Made by a program: the position numbers and the translations under genes
IMG/VR virus record: IMGVR_UViG_3300042343_000347
DNA from: a virus
Reading direction: 5' to 3' (one strand)
Length of the DNA: 64,000 nt
Shown here: positions 32,418 through 42,417 of the stretch, one piece after another
Layout of the letters: each line of letters opens with the position of its first letter
How positions within the stretch are numbered: position 1 is the stretch's first letter
Notes under the pieces: model-generated
The model's database searches: none
What the model saw: only the letters and a program-made list of their open reading frames with translations
Told to the model about the DNA's origin: nothing

Positions 32418-32734
32418 ATTCTGAAACTTTCTCCGCAGCCGCAACGATCTTTCTCATTAGGATTAATGAACTCAAATCCTTCATTCAATCCTTTCTTTTG
32501 AAAATCTACAGTAAGCCCATCAAGGTAAACCATAGATTTAGGATCAACATAAAACTTTAACCCGCCGTGATCTACAGAGATATCAGTCTCGTCCGGGCTG
32601 TCTACAAATTCTAATACATATGCTAGACCAGAACACCCAGTGGTCTTCACTCCTAGACGAACTCCTTGTCCTCTACCTCTTTTTTTGATATGTTCTAAAA
32701 ACTTATTTTTGGCTATATCAGTCACGTTAATCAT
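32414..32734 (-). CDS. iscA: Fe-S cluster assembly protein IscA
   Basis: TTGCSGLAY and CGCGESF. Confidence 0.93.
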   Translation of the reverse strand: MINVTDIAKNKFLEHIKKRGRGQGVRLGVKTTGCSGLAYVLEFVDSPDETDISVDHGGLKFYVDPKSMVYLDGLTVDFQKKGLNEGFEFINPNEKDRCGCGESFRI

Positions 32735-32773
32735 AGTTGTTATTCCTTATAATATCACTAATCATACCGAATG

Positions 32774-33931
32774 TCATCTTGATTGGTTAAATTTGTTTAA
32801 TATTCTATCCAATATCGAATAATCTTTCTGAAGATATCTAGTCCTGTGCAGGTTCGCATTATATTCTAATGTTGGCAGCATGTCTAAAAGCATGTCATTG
32901 AGTTCTATAGTACTCATCTTAGATATTCTTTTTACTTCGTTCAATACCTTTATGAATCGTTCATCATCATTCATAGTAGTATCGTATGATTCATCTATCC
33001 AGTTATCAAATGTTTTATAACCCAACTGATGCATCACACGTAGAGTTCCTATTTGTCCCAATATTAAAAATGGCTGGAAATTTATGATCGGCTTAAAAAG
33101 TTTTTCGTTTATTTCTAAGTGGGTGTGATCCAAATAAAAATAACTCATAGGTATTATATTAACATATGATTTGACATGATAATTGTTATTGGCAAGACAT
33201 AAATTTTCAGGTATGTCTCTGATATCTTCTATGTCTAAAACTATGTCGTCTATGCATTTTTGTTCCTTGGTAAAAAAATCTATAAAGTTACCGCCACCCG
33301 TAGATAAGAAAGAATCATTTTTAAAGTCAGGTATCTTTAATAACTCATTCACAAAAGGAAGTCTATGAATTCTGCCCTTACCGCCCAAGTATAAAAATTT
33401 CTTCTCTCTGTCTTTTTTGTTTTTTATATCTTGAATAATCGTATTCAAATCTATAGGAGGCATGAGTTTTTCAAAGATGTTATTCCAGAATGCAGACAAG
33501 CCATGTTTTTTGAATAAATCATGTATCTTATAATTAGTATCTATGTATATGACAGACTTAGAATCGATACCTAAAGAGTCACATCCGATATTTACATTCT
33601 CAACGATGTTATACTTTGTGATGTTATTATAATATCCTCCCGGATCTCGTTCACGATGTACAACTGGTAATAATCCAAATGAGTCTACATTTGTTGTTAA
33701 AATTAAGCCGGCTTTATTATTTTTAACATCGTTAATGATTTCGATGTCTTTGTAAGTATGTGAATTATTATACCAACGCATAAGTTGGATGCATCCTATA
33801 ATCAAATAGAATTCATTGTCTGGTTTTTCTAAGACTTGCGTACAACCATGATCTTCCAAATATGTTGAAAGATATACTACAGGAGTATTTCTTATCTTGC
33901 CGGTTGTTAAATCTAAAACTATAAATTTCAC
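32774..33931 (-). CDS. Putative glycosyltransferase (GT10-like), paralogue 2
   Basis: SYVNII...NEKLFKPI...QPF...G.KTF..WIDESYD. Confidence 0.5.
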   Translation of the reverse strand: MKFIVLDLTTGKIRNTPVVYLSTYLEDHGCTQVLEKPDNEFYLIIGCIQLMRWYNNSHTYKDIEIINDVKNNKAGLILTTNVDSFGLLPVVHRERDPGGYYNNITKYNIVENVNIGCDSLGIDSKSVIYIDTNYKIHDLFKKHGLSAFWNNIFEKLMPPIDLNTIIQDIKNKKDREKKFLYLGGKGRIHRLPFVNELLKIPDFKNDSFLSTGGGNFIDFFTKEQKCIDDIVLDIEDIRDIPENLCLANNNYHVKSYVNIIPMSYFYLDHTHLEINEKLFKPIINFQPFLILGQIGTLRVMHQLGYKTFDNWIDESYDTTMNDDERFIKVLNEVKRISKMSTIELNDMLLDMLPTLEYNANLHRTRYLQKDYSILDRILNKFNQSR

Positions 33932-33932
33932 A

Positions 33933-34271
33933 TCAAGATTTATTCATGGCTGATTTAGCCATTTGTGCTACTACTTCTTGACTCTGCTCGGGCGGAGGTG
34001 CTTCAGTCTGTTGTGGTTGTTGCGGTAATCCTTTGAACACAACAGTGTCACCTTCGATATTGCTAACTACATTTTTAAGAGGTTTCGTTTGTATCATAGA
34101 ATACAAATCGTCTCTAGATAGCGTTAGATCAAATTTTCTAAAATATGTGAGAAGTTTGTCAATAGTCCAATTATCTGTAATTCTTTTGCTATCCAATGCG
34201 GTGTTAAGTTGATCGACTGCCGCAATCAACTTAACAAGTTTAGGATCATTGACTAACTCGTAGAGGTGCAT
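33933..34271 (-). CDS. Hypothetical late protein
   Basis: MHLYEL start; in a late operon. Confidence 0.65.
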   Translation of the reverse strand: MHLYELVNDPKLVKLIAAVDQLNTALDSKRITDNWTIDKLLTYFRKFDLTLSRDDLYSMIQTKPLKNVVSNIEGDTVVFKGLPQQPQQTEAPPPEQSQEVVAQMAKSAMNKS

Positions 34272-34272
34272 T

Positions 34273-34980
34273 TTACCTCAACTCGCGACCAACTCCGCCT
34301 GCTGGTTCAGATTCTGGTTCTTCTAAGTCCGGGGAAACTTCAGCACCCATTTCAGCACCGACTACTTCTTCGCCGCCGGGACCTGATGTGGCTGCAACGT
34401 CAGTCACTGCCATTTCTTCACCGCCTGCAGGAGGTGCACCTAGTGCTTCTGGACTACCAACGCCAGTCAATGCATTCATGGCGTTCTTCATCTCACTCTT
34501 AGTCTGGCTTAGTGTTTGATTCAAAGTAGTCAAGGCTTGGCTTGCTACTTGGTTGAATGTACCAGACTGTTCTACACCGATTTCTGATTGAATACTATCT
34601 GCTAATGCAGGTAGTTCTTTAACTAACATGTCGTTAACTTCTTCGATCATCTTTTGAATGCTGTCAAGCATATCTTGTGCTGCCAAGATGACCTGTGATT
34701 TTTCGACTTCTTCATTCTCAACAACTATTCTAGCAGCCTTAGTATTCTTGTAATGCTCAGTAAGTGCCTGAGCCATGAATACTAATTTCATGTATGAAGG
34801 GCTAGCATGATTCTTGTAGAAATCAGGGCTTGCTTTAGCCTCTTTGATGAGACCGAATACTCGTTCCATCATGGCTTTAGTTTGTGCGCGATTCAATCTT
34901 GACATGTCAAGGTTGACATCGAAATTAGCCTTAAGGGCTTGTTCTGCTACGTTTGTTTTATCTAGTTCATTGAGTCTCAT
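34273..34980 (-). CDS. Putative prohead core / internal protein
   Basis: MRLNEL start, helical, acidic tail; late box upstream. Confidence 0.55.
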   Translation of the reverse strand: MRLNELDKTNVAEQALKANFDVNLDMSRLNRAQTKAMMERVFGLIKEAKASPDFYKNHASPSYMKLVFMAQALTEHYKNTKAARIVVENEEVEKSQVILAAQDMLDSIQKMIEEVNDMLVKELPALADSIQSEIGVEQSGTFNQVASQALTTLNQTLSQTKSEMKNAMNALTGVGSPEALGAPPAGGEEMAVTDVAATSGPGGEEVVGAEMGAEVSPDLEEPESEPAGGVGRELR

Positions 34981-35022
34981 GGTTAAAATCCCACATTAAT
35001 AGTTATATTTATCAAGAATCTG

Positions 35023-35478
35023 TTACTTTTCATCCTTAGATTCTTGATACTTTTTAGTCTGTATATGCTTGGACATAGATGCATATGCTTCTATCTCTTT
35101 CAAAGCATTTTTCCTTCTAAGTTGGTCTTCTAACAATTTTGCTAGATAGATAAACTTATCAGGAATATCCCTGCTATTCATCAGCTTTTTGTGCTGTGCT
35201 ATAGATACTTCTAAACCGCCTATGTAGCGATCTAATTCTTTAAGTCTTTTGGTCTCTTTATCTTTTCGATTCTTCTCAAACACACAATAGGTTACTGCAT
35301 ATTTAAGTGTGGAAAATTCTATTTGTTCTGCATATGGATCTAGCATATTGACAACCTTGAATATACCGGTCTTTTCAGGGTTTATTATATAGGTGCCAAA
35401 AAGGTTATAACTACCGTCATACTCCTTGACGATAAACATGTCCTTTATCTTGTTCGCTAGATAAGACTTATTCATATT
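35023..35478 (-). CDS. Hypothetical protein
   Basis: ORF coupled to the upstream gene; start uncertain. Confidence 0.6.
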   Translation of the reverse strand, partial: NMNKSYLANKIKDMFIVKEYDGSYNLFGTYIINPEKTGIFKVVNMLDPYAEQIEFSTLKYAVTYCVFEKNRKDKETKRLKELDRYIGGLEVSIAQHKKLMNSRDIPDKFIYLAKLLEDQLRRKNALKEIEAYASMSKHIQTKKYQESKDEK

Positions 35479-35920
35479 CATATTTAACAAAATATATGTT
35501 CCTTTTTTCCAAAGTTATATCAAGTTTTTGTCCTGACTTGTGCCATTGACTATCACATTGAATCATGGGCACCCCGTCACAATCTTTATATAATGATCCT
35601 AAATCAGAAATTCCATCTTCAAACACACGATTATGCTGTACTTCAAAATCAAACTTCCATACAGGAACTCTGATATCTTCTTGTAGCATAGTTCCGAAAT
35701 ATGACTCTTTATCTAAATCAATCTCTAACCGCACAGGATCGTTGATGACATCGGGCTGGGCTCGCAATGATATAACTTGCAATATAGTATCAAAATTGCA
35801 TTGTGTGTTGCGATTTCTATACCAATCATTCACATCTTTTACATCATCCCCCGGCCTTGCGCGATTCAATACACCTGTCTTTGTAATGTCAAATAACGTA
35901 TAGCAGGAAATCCTGTGCAT
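35468..35920 (-). CDS. Hypothetical late protein
   Basis: ATG 5 nt after TAAATA. Confidence 0.65.
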   Translation of the reverse strand: MHRISCYTLFDITKTGVLNRARPGDDVKDVNDWYRNRNTQCNFDTILQVISLRAQPDVINDPVRLEIDLDKESYFGTMLQEDIRVPVWKFDFEVQHNRVFEDGISDLGSLYKDCDGVPMIQCDSQWHKSGQKLDITLEKRNIYFVKYEYE

Positions 35921-35935
35921 GTTGTTATTTAAGGC

Positions 35936-35966
35936 AAAAAAAAGACCCGAGAATAAATCTCGGGTC
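35936..35966 (-). terminator. Rho-independent terminator
   Basis: GACCCGAGA/TCTCGGGTC stem plus U8. Confidence 0.88.
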
Positions 35967-35992
35967 CTTTGTTTGTTAACTTAAACTAATGA

Positions 35993-36373
35993 TTAGTTAG
36001 TGAAAGTTGCTGATGATGCTACAGTTACAGCATTTGCCCAAGCGGGACCATCTGCGTTCTCTAGTGCTAATACTAGAGCAGCAGGTGTCCATGCACCAGT
36101 TGGGTATATAGCGAATGCTAATGTGTCGTTAGCTGCGTCTGTATACTCATAGATGTGGATAGTTGCTAATTGCTGAATCGCTTGAATTGCTGAGTTAACT
36201 TGTGTAGTTGTCAAAGCACCGTTTGCAGTTGCAGTGAAGAAGTCCAACTTTGGACCTTGTGGCTGAACTGTCAAGGCTGAAGAAACTGCGTTAACGCCTG
36301 AATTTGTGTAATCTGGCTGATCTAACCATAGAACTGGCTTAAGATCACCATTAACTCTTGTAAATTGTGCCAT
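35993..36373 (-). CDS. Abundant small virion protein (possible capsid decoration)
   Basis: Monocistronic: late box, 5' hairpin, strong SD, own terminator. Confidence 0.6.
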   Translation of the reverse strand: MAQFTRVNGDLKPVLWLDQPDYTNSGVNAVSSALTVQPQGPKLDFFTATANGALTTTQVNSAIQAIQQLATIHIYEYTDAANDTLAFAIYPTGAWTPAALVLALENADGPAWANAVTVASSATFTN

Positions 36374-36450
36374 TTTAAAATCTCCTAATGTTGTGAGACC
36401 TACTGTCTCATACTATTATTTATGCCTGGCACAAAAAAATGTTGGTTTGG

Positions 36451-37623
36451 CTAGCGTTGGCCAGCAAGATTTTGACGGCTGAAGCCCATTCTATCTACAA
36501 ATTTCAAACCATTTGACACAAAACCTTCTTGACTTTGCTGGCCACTCTGTAGATAGCCTTTGACGGGGCTTTGTTCTGCTTGCTGTGCTAGTTGTTGTAC
36601 GACTTGATTCTTAAGATTATAGATAGCCACCCATATGCTAAACAGACCCTGCACCCCTGCTTTGTTAGCATTGATATGATCTGATAGTTTTTGCTTCATA
36701 GTAGGAGTCATGGGTCTAGTCTCAAAATAATCCATGAATCCAGAAGCCATGTCATTTAGATCGCCCGAGACGATTTTCTTATTGATATATGTAGTGAATA
36801 GTTGATTGAATGTATTTCTAGCCTGCGGTGCTTGCATTAGTTTTTGCACAGCAGGACCATGTTGACGTATAGCAGCCTTAGCGTCATTGACTAAGCCTTG
36901 ATCTAACTTTACATTAGGAACTATAGGCATAGCACTAGGAATGATAGCGACATCGCTATCATTCTTTAATTGCCCTATCGTTCCATTCAATGGTGTTGAT
37001 TCATCTGTAGTAGCGGCATTAGCAGGTATAAACTGATGCACAGCAATACCCGCAGTCTTACCTGTGATCAATTTACCTATATCGCTATCGACATCTACTG
37101 TATACGCTATACCGTTAGGGTTCGCTTTAAACTTATACAGACCTTTTTGATCTTGTAAAGGTTTGCCGAAGAGCAAGTCGCCCCAGTAGTAGCCCTTAGT
37201 TCCTTGACTTGCTTTTTCAAGACCGGGCCATATGTTTGTAATGAGAGTATTAAGTTCACCGCGATCCACCCCCCTCGCTCTATCGTATTCTATAAATTCT
37301 TCTGCGCTGTGTACGTTGCGACCTGACATGTCTTTCTTATTAAACATGTGTTTGTCCATAATGCTGAATTTGCCGTCTGGACCATGACCGAATATCAACG
37401 CTGGATACCCATCCCATTTAATAGTGATTGTTTTAGGATTCTTAGCAGTAGCCAATATAGAATTAACTGCTTGATTTGCACCCGCAACGTCTCCTAATAC
37501 TACTAAATCTTCTGGATGATCGAGGTGCCCCTTGCCTTCTTTTAGGCGCAAAGCATCCTGATCAAATTGACGCATCCTTTCACGAATATGCTGAAAGAAT
37601 TCTTGTTCGTTATTGAAATTCAT
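36451..37623 (-). CDS. Protein with ligase/capping-type nucleotidyltransferase motifs
   Basis: TIKWDG (motif I), YWGDL (III), EGFV (IV), K (V); probable start MNFNNE. Confidence 0.55.
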   Translation of the reverse strand: MNFNNEQEFFQHIRERMRQFDQDALRLKEGKGHLDHPEDLVVLGDVAGANQAVNSILATAKNPKTITIKWDGYPALIFGHGPDGKFSIMDKHMFNKKDMSGRNVHSAEEFIEYDRARGVDRGELNTLITNIWPGLEKASQGTKGYYWGDLLFGKPLQDQKGLYKFKANPNGIAYTVDVDSDIGKLITGKTAGIAVHQFIPANAATTDESTPLNGTIGQLKNDSDVAIIPSAMPIVPNVKLDQGLVNDAKAAIRQHGPAVQKLMQAPQARNTFNQLFTTYINKKIVSGDLNDMASGFMDYFETRPMTPTMKQKLSDHINANKAGVQGLFSIWVAIYNLKNQVVQQLAQQAEQSPVKGYLQSGQQSQEGFVSNGLKFVDRMGFSRQNLAGQR

Positions 37624-37624
37624 T

Positions 37625-38842
37625 TTAAGGTTGAGTGTCTTGTTTTCTACCTTGGTCTGAAACAGCCCAAGCAATTTGTGCTATATCAGTCAAGTCTTTG
37701 TTCAAGGTTTTACCCTTTAAACTTTGTGGCATACGTTTTAGTATGTCATCAACCTGTTGCTGTGAGGATCCTAAATTGATCCCTCTCAAGAAGCCCTTCA
37801 TGAAATTATCGCGGAACCATGCGCCTAGGCTAGGTTTACCTGATGGTGCTGCTGGTTGACCTGCTGCCGGTGCTGCGCCTTGTGCTGGGGCAGTGCTTGC
37901 GGCTGCTGGTTGACCCGGACGCTTAAACACGCCCTTGATCTTATCCATGATACCTTCATTAGTTCTTAAGAACTTATCTCTATCTTCTCTTTCTTTCTTT
38001 TGTTTTGCGATCAATGCCTCTATGCGCTTGACCGCTAGATCAGGATCATATCCTGATTTCTTCAATGCGTTTCTAAATCTTTCTACTGACGTTAACTTAT
38101 TGTAAATCTCTTCTAGTCTATCTTCGCTAATAGTTTTTTGCTTATTTCCCTTAGCATATTGACCCATGAACTGCTGGTGCAAGTTTTTAACATCGTAACC
38201 AGCGTTGTCTAACTTAAGAATCTTGTCGCCTACACGTATCAAGTAATCCTTATTAAGGGCAACATTTGCAAGATCCTTAGTAATTTCTTGTGCTATTTTT
38301 GATGTTGGAGGAAGCGGTTTAGTTCCGGCTGGCTGTAACTTTCTCATTGCGCTAACAATCTTATCTACATTGACATCAATTTCTGGCTTGGCTGCTCCCT
38401 GCTTTTGACCAGTAGGTACTGCTTGATTACCGGGTGCTTTACCTCCGGGCTGTACAGCCTTTACTGGCGGGGCGGCACCGGGTTGGGCACCTGCGGCAGT
38501 ACCGGGGGCTTGTGTTGCTGTTCCTCCTGCTTGAGGTGCGCTAGGTGTTGTTCCTGCGCTCGGCGTAGTGGGTTGTGCTGTTGCATTACCGGCTCCTAAA
38601 TCAGTTGAATCAACGTCTACCAGTCCCTGCTGAATAGCAGTGTTTAACGCATTAGCACCTCTACTAACGAATTTTTGTACGAATGTATCCTGTGCCAGTT
38701 GATCTTCTGCACTTAATCCTGACTTCTTGGCTCTTGCCATAGCACTACCTACACCTTGTGTATTAGTACCTTGCGCTGATGCGACTGTACCGGCCAGACC
38801 TCTAGCGAGATTCTGGAACGTATTTAACTCATTGATTCTCAT
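37625..38842 (-). CDS. Pro/Ala-rich putative internal-head protein
   Basis: MRINEL start, low-complexity linkers. Confidence 0.55.
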   Translation of the reverse strand: MRINELNTFQNLARGLAGTVASAQGTNTQGVGSAMARAKKSGLSAEDQLAQDTFVQKFVSRGANALNTAIQQGLVDVDSTDLGAGNATAQPTTPSAGTTPSAPQAGGTATQAPGTAAGAQPGAAPPVKAVQPGGKAPGNQAVPTGQKQGAAKPEIDVNVDKIVSAMRKLQPAGTKPLPPTSKIAQEITKDLANVALNKDYLIRVGDKILKLDNAGYDVKNLHQQFMGQYAKGNKQKTISEDRLEEIYNKLTSVERFRNALKKSGYDPDLAVKRIEALIAKQKKEREDRDKFLRTNEGIMDKIKGVFKRPGQPAAASTAPAQGAAPAAGQPAAPSGKPSLGAWFRDNFMKGFLRGINLGSSQQQVDDILKRMPQSLKGKTLNKDLTDIAQIAWAVSDQGRKQDTQP

Positions 38843-39077
38843 CTTTCTTCCTCAGTGACTTAGCGAACCTTGCCGCGTCCTTGCCCTTGATAGCACTTAA
38901 TAGTTTTTTCTCAAGTACTTCGGCTTTGTCTGGGGAGTATTGACGATTGATTAATTCTAATAGATTAATGGCACTGGTAATAACATTGTGAGCCCTGCTC
39001 TCAATGATGTGATTCATATCACGGTTATTACCGATCAATTCCAGTTCTTCTAGAAGGCTACGGGTACGCTTTTGCAT
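38829..39077 (-). CDS. Hypothetical late protein
   Basis: TAAATA box and SD upstream. Confidence 0.65.
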   Translation of the reverse strand: MQKRTRSLLEELELIGNNRDMNHIIESRAHNVITSAINLLELINRQYSPDKAEVLEKKLLSAIKGKDAARFAKSLRKKDENQ

Positions 39078-39115
39078 AGTTCTTTCCTTACAGTATTTAT
39101 CTGGAATAGGATCTT

Positions 39116-40537
39116 TTATTTCTTAAGTGACGCCAATAAACTCTTGAGTTTTGCGCTCTGTACGTCGGGTACAACCTTACCTGAATCAGGAGTTATCTCC
39201 CCTGTTATAGGATCAGTTTTCTCGGCAGTCTGAGTAGTTCCTACTTCGCTAGTAGTCTTGATTTTCTGCATTAACTGCGCTCCTGAGGGCTGAACCTTAT
39301 AGGAATCATCGGATCCGTCATCTGTGATTCGTAATGTTTCTACGTCAAATTTGAGTTCGATTTTTTGACCTACCCCGGAACTACTACGTGTCTTCATCAA
39401 TTGAATCTGATAAAGTCCACGCTCACGCATACTACGGCTAGTAAAGATACCAAAAACATTGTCCGCAGTATTAATCTTACTAATACCACCTGAGATATGA
39501 CTGTGATCAAATTCGATCTCTTCAACGGCTGATCTGTTAAGTTGTGATGCTGTGACGAATAAGACATTTAATTCCTTTGCTAGATTTCTAAGTTCTTCAG
39601 ATACATACTTATCCTTTACGAACAAGTCGCTTGGACTTACTTTTGCGCTGACTGGCATGATCAAATCAAGATAGTCGATACACAAGAAGTCAACCTTCAT
39701 GCCTGTCTGTATCTGTAATTCCTTGACATATGCTCTGATATCATTGACGTTGCTTTGTGCTGGCATATATTTGATGCGCAAGTTACCAGACTTCTTAGCA
39801 ACCATCTTGACTTTCATCTCAACATTATCAATATCTTTAAAAATCTCGCGACTACTAGTGTCAGTCATCATACTATCAATACGCATTGAACACAATCCTT
39901 CACTCAATTCAAGTGTGACGTATACTCCGCTAAGTCCCGCTTGTGCCCAATTAACTGCAAGATTTTGCATGATCAAACTCTTACCAGAACCTGATCCACC
40001 TGCAAAGATTTGCAGTTCACCTCGATTGAAACCACCATACAATTTCTGATCAAGTATAGGCCAACCTGTGCTGTTTTGACCGTTATTAGATTTTAGTGCC
40101 ATCAATCTACTACGAGGATCAGCAAAGTAATCAGTACCTAAATCCTTCTGTAGAGAAATCTGAACTGCTTCTTTGATCAGTTTCTCTACAGGTCCATATT
40201 CGCCCTTCTCAAGTAAGTCTGCACTCTTAAGAATAGCCCTCTCAAGTTCTTGTCGCTTAGTGAATGCTTCGAATTCTTCTAAGAACCAATCATAATGTCC
40301 TTCGTCAAGTTCCTCTAATCGTTCAGTAGATACATCAGTCGTTGCCTTAATCTGTATAGGATCTGGCATGACATTATATTTTTTAGTATGATCTATTATG
40401 AACTCTGCAACCGGTCGCAATCTACGATCAAAGTTTTCTGCATTCATGATGTTCATCACGCGAGTATAAAGTTCTGCGTTCGTGACCATCATTCTCAGAA
40501 ACAATGTCTGTACATCAATGTTATAGTCGTTTATCAA
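39116..40537 (-). CDS. gp41: Replicative DnaB-like helicase (gp41-like)
   Basis: GGSGSGKS, TLELSE, IDYLDL, TASQLNR. Confidence 0.92.
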   Translation of the reverse strand: MINDYNIDVQTLFLRMMVTNAELYTRVMNIMNAENFDRRLRPVAEFIIDHTKKYNVMPDPIQIKATTDVSTERLEELDEGHYDWFLEEFEAFTKRQELERAILKSADLLEKGEYGPVEKLIKEAVQISLQKDLGTDYFADPRSRLMALKSNNGQNSTGWPILDQKLYGGFNRGELQIFAGGSGSGKSLIMQNLAVNWAQAGLSGVYVTLELSEGLCSMRIDSMMTDTSSREIFKDIDNVEMKVKMVAKKSGNLRIKYMPAQSNVNDIRAYVKELQIQTGMKVDFLCIDYLDLIMPVSAKVSPSDLFVKDKYVSEELRNLAKELNVLFVTASQLNRSAVEEIEFDHSHISGGISKINTADNVFGIFTSRSMRERGLYQIQLMKTRSSSGVGQKIELKFDVETLRITDDGSDDSYKVQPSGAQLMQKIKTTSEVGTTQTAEKTDPITGEITPDSGKVVPDVQSAKLKSLLASLKK

Positions 40538-41492
40538 GTTGTTTCCTCTTAATCTCTAATTTTATTTTGCTATTAGTCGCTGATTGCAAGATACTTAGTA
40601 ATGTAGCGAGTTTGCCATATTTTATTACTGCATCGTTTACGTCTTTGATTCCCGGTTCCCAATTAGGCATGCTAACTTGAAAACCAAAATCAAGTGCGCG
40701 ATTGATCACATCCATACCACTCTTATCTTGATCTGGAACTACTATGATCTTTCTATTCAAACGTCTCAATATCTCTGCCTGTTCTTCGTTGATACCATTA
40801 GTAGTCAATGCGCAACCATCTATACTCAATGCATCAAATATACCCTCAACTACAATACATACTTGCCATTCTGGCTTCTGCAAATCATAACCAAATAGAT
40901 AACCACTCTGTTGTTCGCTGATAAATTTAGGTTTTCGATCATCTAAGAACCTACTAGTGTGACCCACTATTTTATTTTCAAAAGTGAAGGGTATGATGAT
41001 ACGATTGGCTTGCCTACCTTCTTCATCCGGAGTACACATGAAAGGATATCTACTTATATCTATCCTACGACCTCGTAGATAATCTACATAAACTTGGTGT
41101 TTAGGATTTTCAGAATCGATAACTTCTGCATCAGGCAAATCCATCTCTTTGAATTTAATTTTCTTCTTTTCGCGTTTAGCCTTTACAAAATCTAGCAAGT
41201 CTTTGTGTTGCAAACTTTCTAGGCTATACTTATTAATATCATCTGGATCCATGCCGCACCACGCCAGTAACTGGCGAGTGTTCTTAGTGAGTTGTTTACC
41301 CAACATAAACCCACATTTGAATCCACAATTAAAACAATGATAACTCCAGTTATCACTATCCATGTGTATGCCACCGCGGCCGCGCTTGTCAGCACCATGA
41401 CCTCGGTAGTGGCAACACACAGCGTTGAAACTATGCCAACCGCTTTGTGATAGTCTTTTCTTTCCTGGAACTATTTGAAGTATATCAAACAC
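40521..41492 (-). CDS. gp61: DNA primase (gp61-like)
   Basis: Zn finger YHCFNCG, TOPRIM VEGIFDA, PDQD, KDVND. Confidence 0.9.
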   Translation of the reverse strand: MFDILQIVPGKKRLSQSGWHSFNAVCCHYRGHGADKRGRGGIHMDSDNWSYHCFNCGFKCGFMLGKQLTKNTRQLLAWCGMDPDDINKYSLESLQHKDLLDFVKAKREKKKIKFKEMDLPDAEVIDSENPKHQVYVDYLRGRRIDISRYPFMCTPDEEGRQANRIIIPFTFENKIVGHTSRFLDDRKPKFISEQQSGYLFGYDLQKPEWQVCIVVEGIFDALSIDGCALTTNGINEEQAEILRRLNRKIIVVPDQDKSGMDVINRALDFGFQVSMPNWEPGIKDVNDAVIKYGKLATLLSILQSATNSKIKLEIKRKQLDKRL

Positions 41493-41498
41493 ATTGTA

Positions 41499-41507
41499 AT
41501 TATAACA
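41499..41507 (-). promoter_or_regulatory. Extended -10 promoter of the primase gene
   Basis: TGT-TATAAT, 6 nt before the GTG start. Confidence 0.6.
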
Positions 41508-41540
41508 CCTTGCTACGTAAAAACAAAGCGTATCGGCAAA

Positions 41541-42341
41541 TCATCTTGCCAAAATGTTTGATACCACCCCGGTGTTGCTAGTGAATACCATTCTGATAAA
41601 TGGGTGATAACCTTTAATCGTGTAACCCACTGTTTCAGTAGTCTCAAGATATTCTTCTGAACGTATAGGATACCAGTCTGTGAGGCTGCTACTGAATGTT
41701 CCTTCTATCTCTACTTCACCGTTGAATTCATACAAGTGAGCCTGTAGCGTCAATATTGGATTATCATTGGTATTGATAACTGAACTGTAATATGTGTTAG
41801 CATTTGATAATACATTATTAATGCTATTGTTACTATCGAGGTTAGGGAATGGCTGTCCTGTTGGAATAGTTACTATCTCGCTAGGCACAAAACTAGGGAG
41901 TACGCTATCTACTACATTGATCTGACCACGCGCACCGGCAGCAGGGTCAACGAATACAGGATATCCAAATTGTCCTACCGGGATCTCTAAACTATAATGA
42001 CACATCTGAGCAGGAATGTCTTCTATCTCTGCGGCATTAAGTTGTAGATATGCTATACCGGTCAATGGAAGTTCCAATGTCAATGCTTTTTTGATCAATA
42101 CTTCTGTACCATCGTAATTGATGATGCGACAAGTGATCTCTTTCCCTGTGATGTCAACTGGTTTTTGCTCTTGGTTCAAGAACTGAAACTGTAGTTTGTT
42201 ATCTACACCTTTGTGTAGATTCATTGTTTTTGCATATACTGGCATAAAGGCCCTCGGACTGTTTCCTGATAGTAGGACGACAATCTGACGTTGTGTAAAT
42301 ACGAATGCTGGTGTCGAATATCTTACGGTGTTTACAGTCAC
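41541..42341 (-). CDS. Late virion protein (beta-sandwich)
   Basis: Late box and SD GAGGAG; KGVDN.LQF.F.NQ.QKPVDITG. Confidence 0.6.
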   Translation of the reverse strand: MTVNTVRYSTPAFVFTQRQIVVLLSGNSPRAFMPVYAKTMNLHKGVDNKLQFQFLNQEQKPVDITGKEITCRIINYDGTEVLIKKALTLELPLTGIAYLQLNAAEIEDIPAQMCHYSLEIPVGQFGYPVFVDPAAGARGQINVVDSVLPSFVPSEIVTIPTGQPFPNLDSNNSINNVLSNANTYYSSVINTNDNPILTLQAHLYEFNGEVEIEGTFSSSLTDWYPIRSEEYLETTETVGYTIKGYHPFIRMVFTSNTGVVSNILAR

Positions 42342-42417
42342 AAATGTCGCTCCTCAATGTATTTAGTCGCATAAAAATAAAATATTTTAATGGTTGCCCA
42401 ATTATAAATAATCTTCG

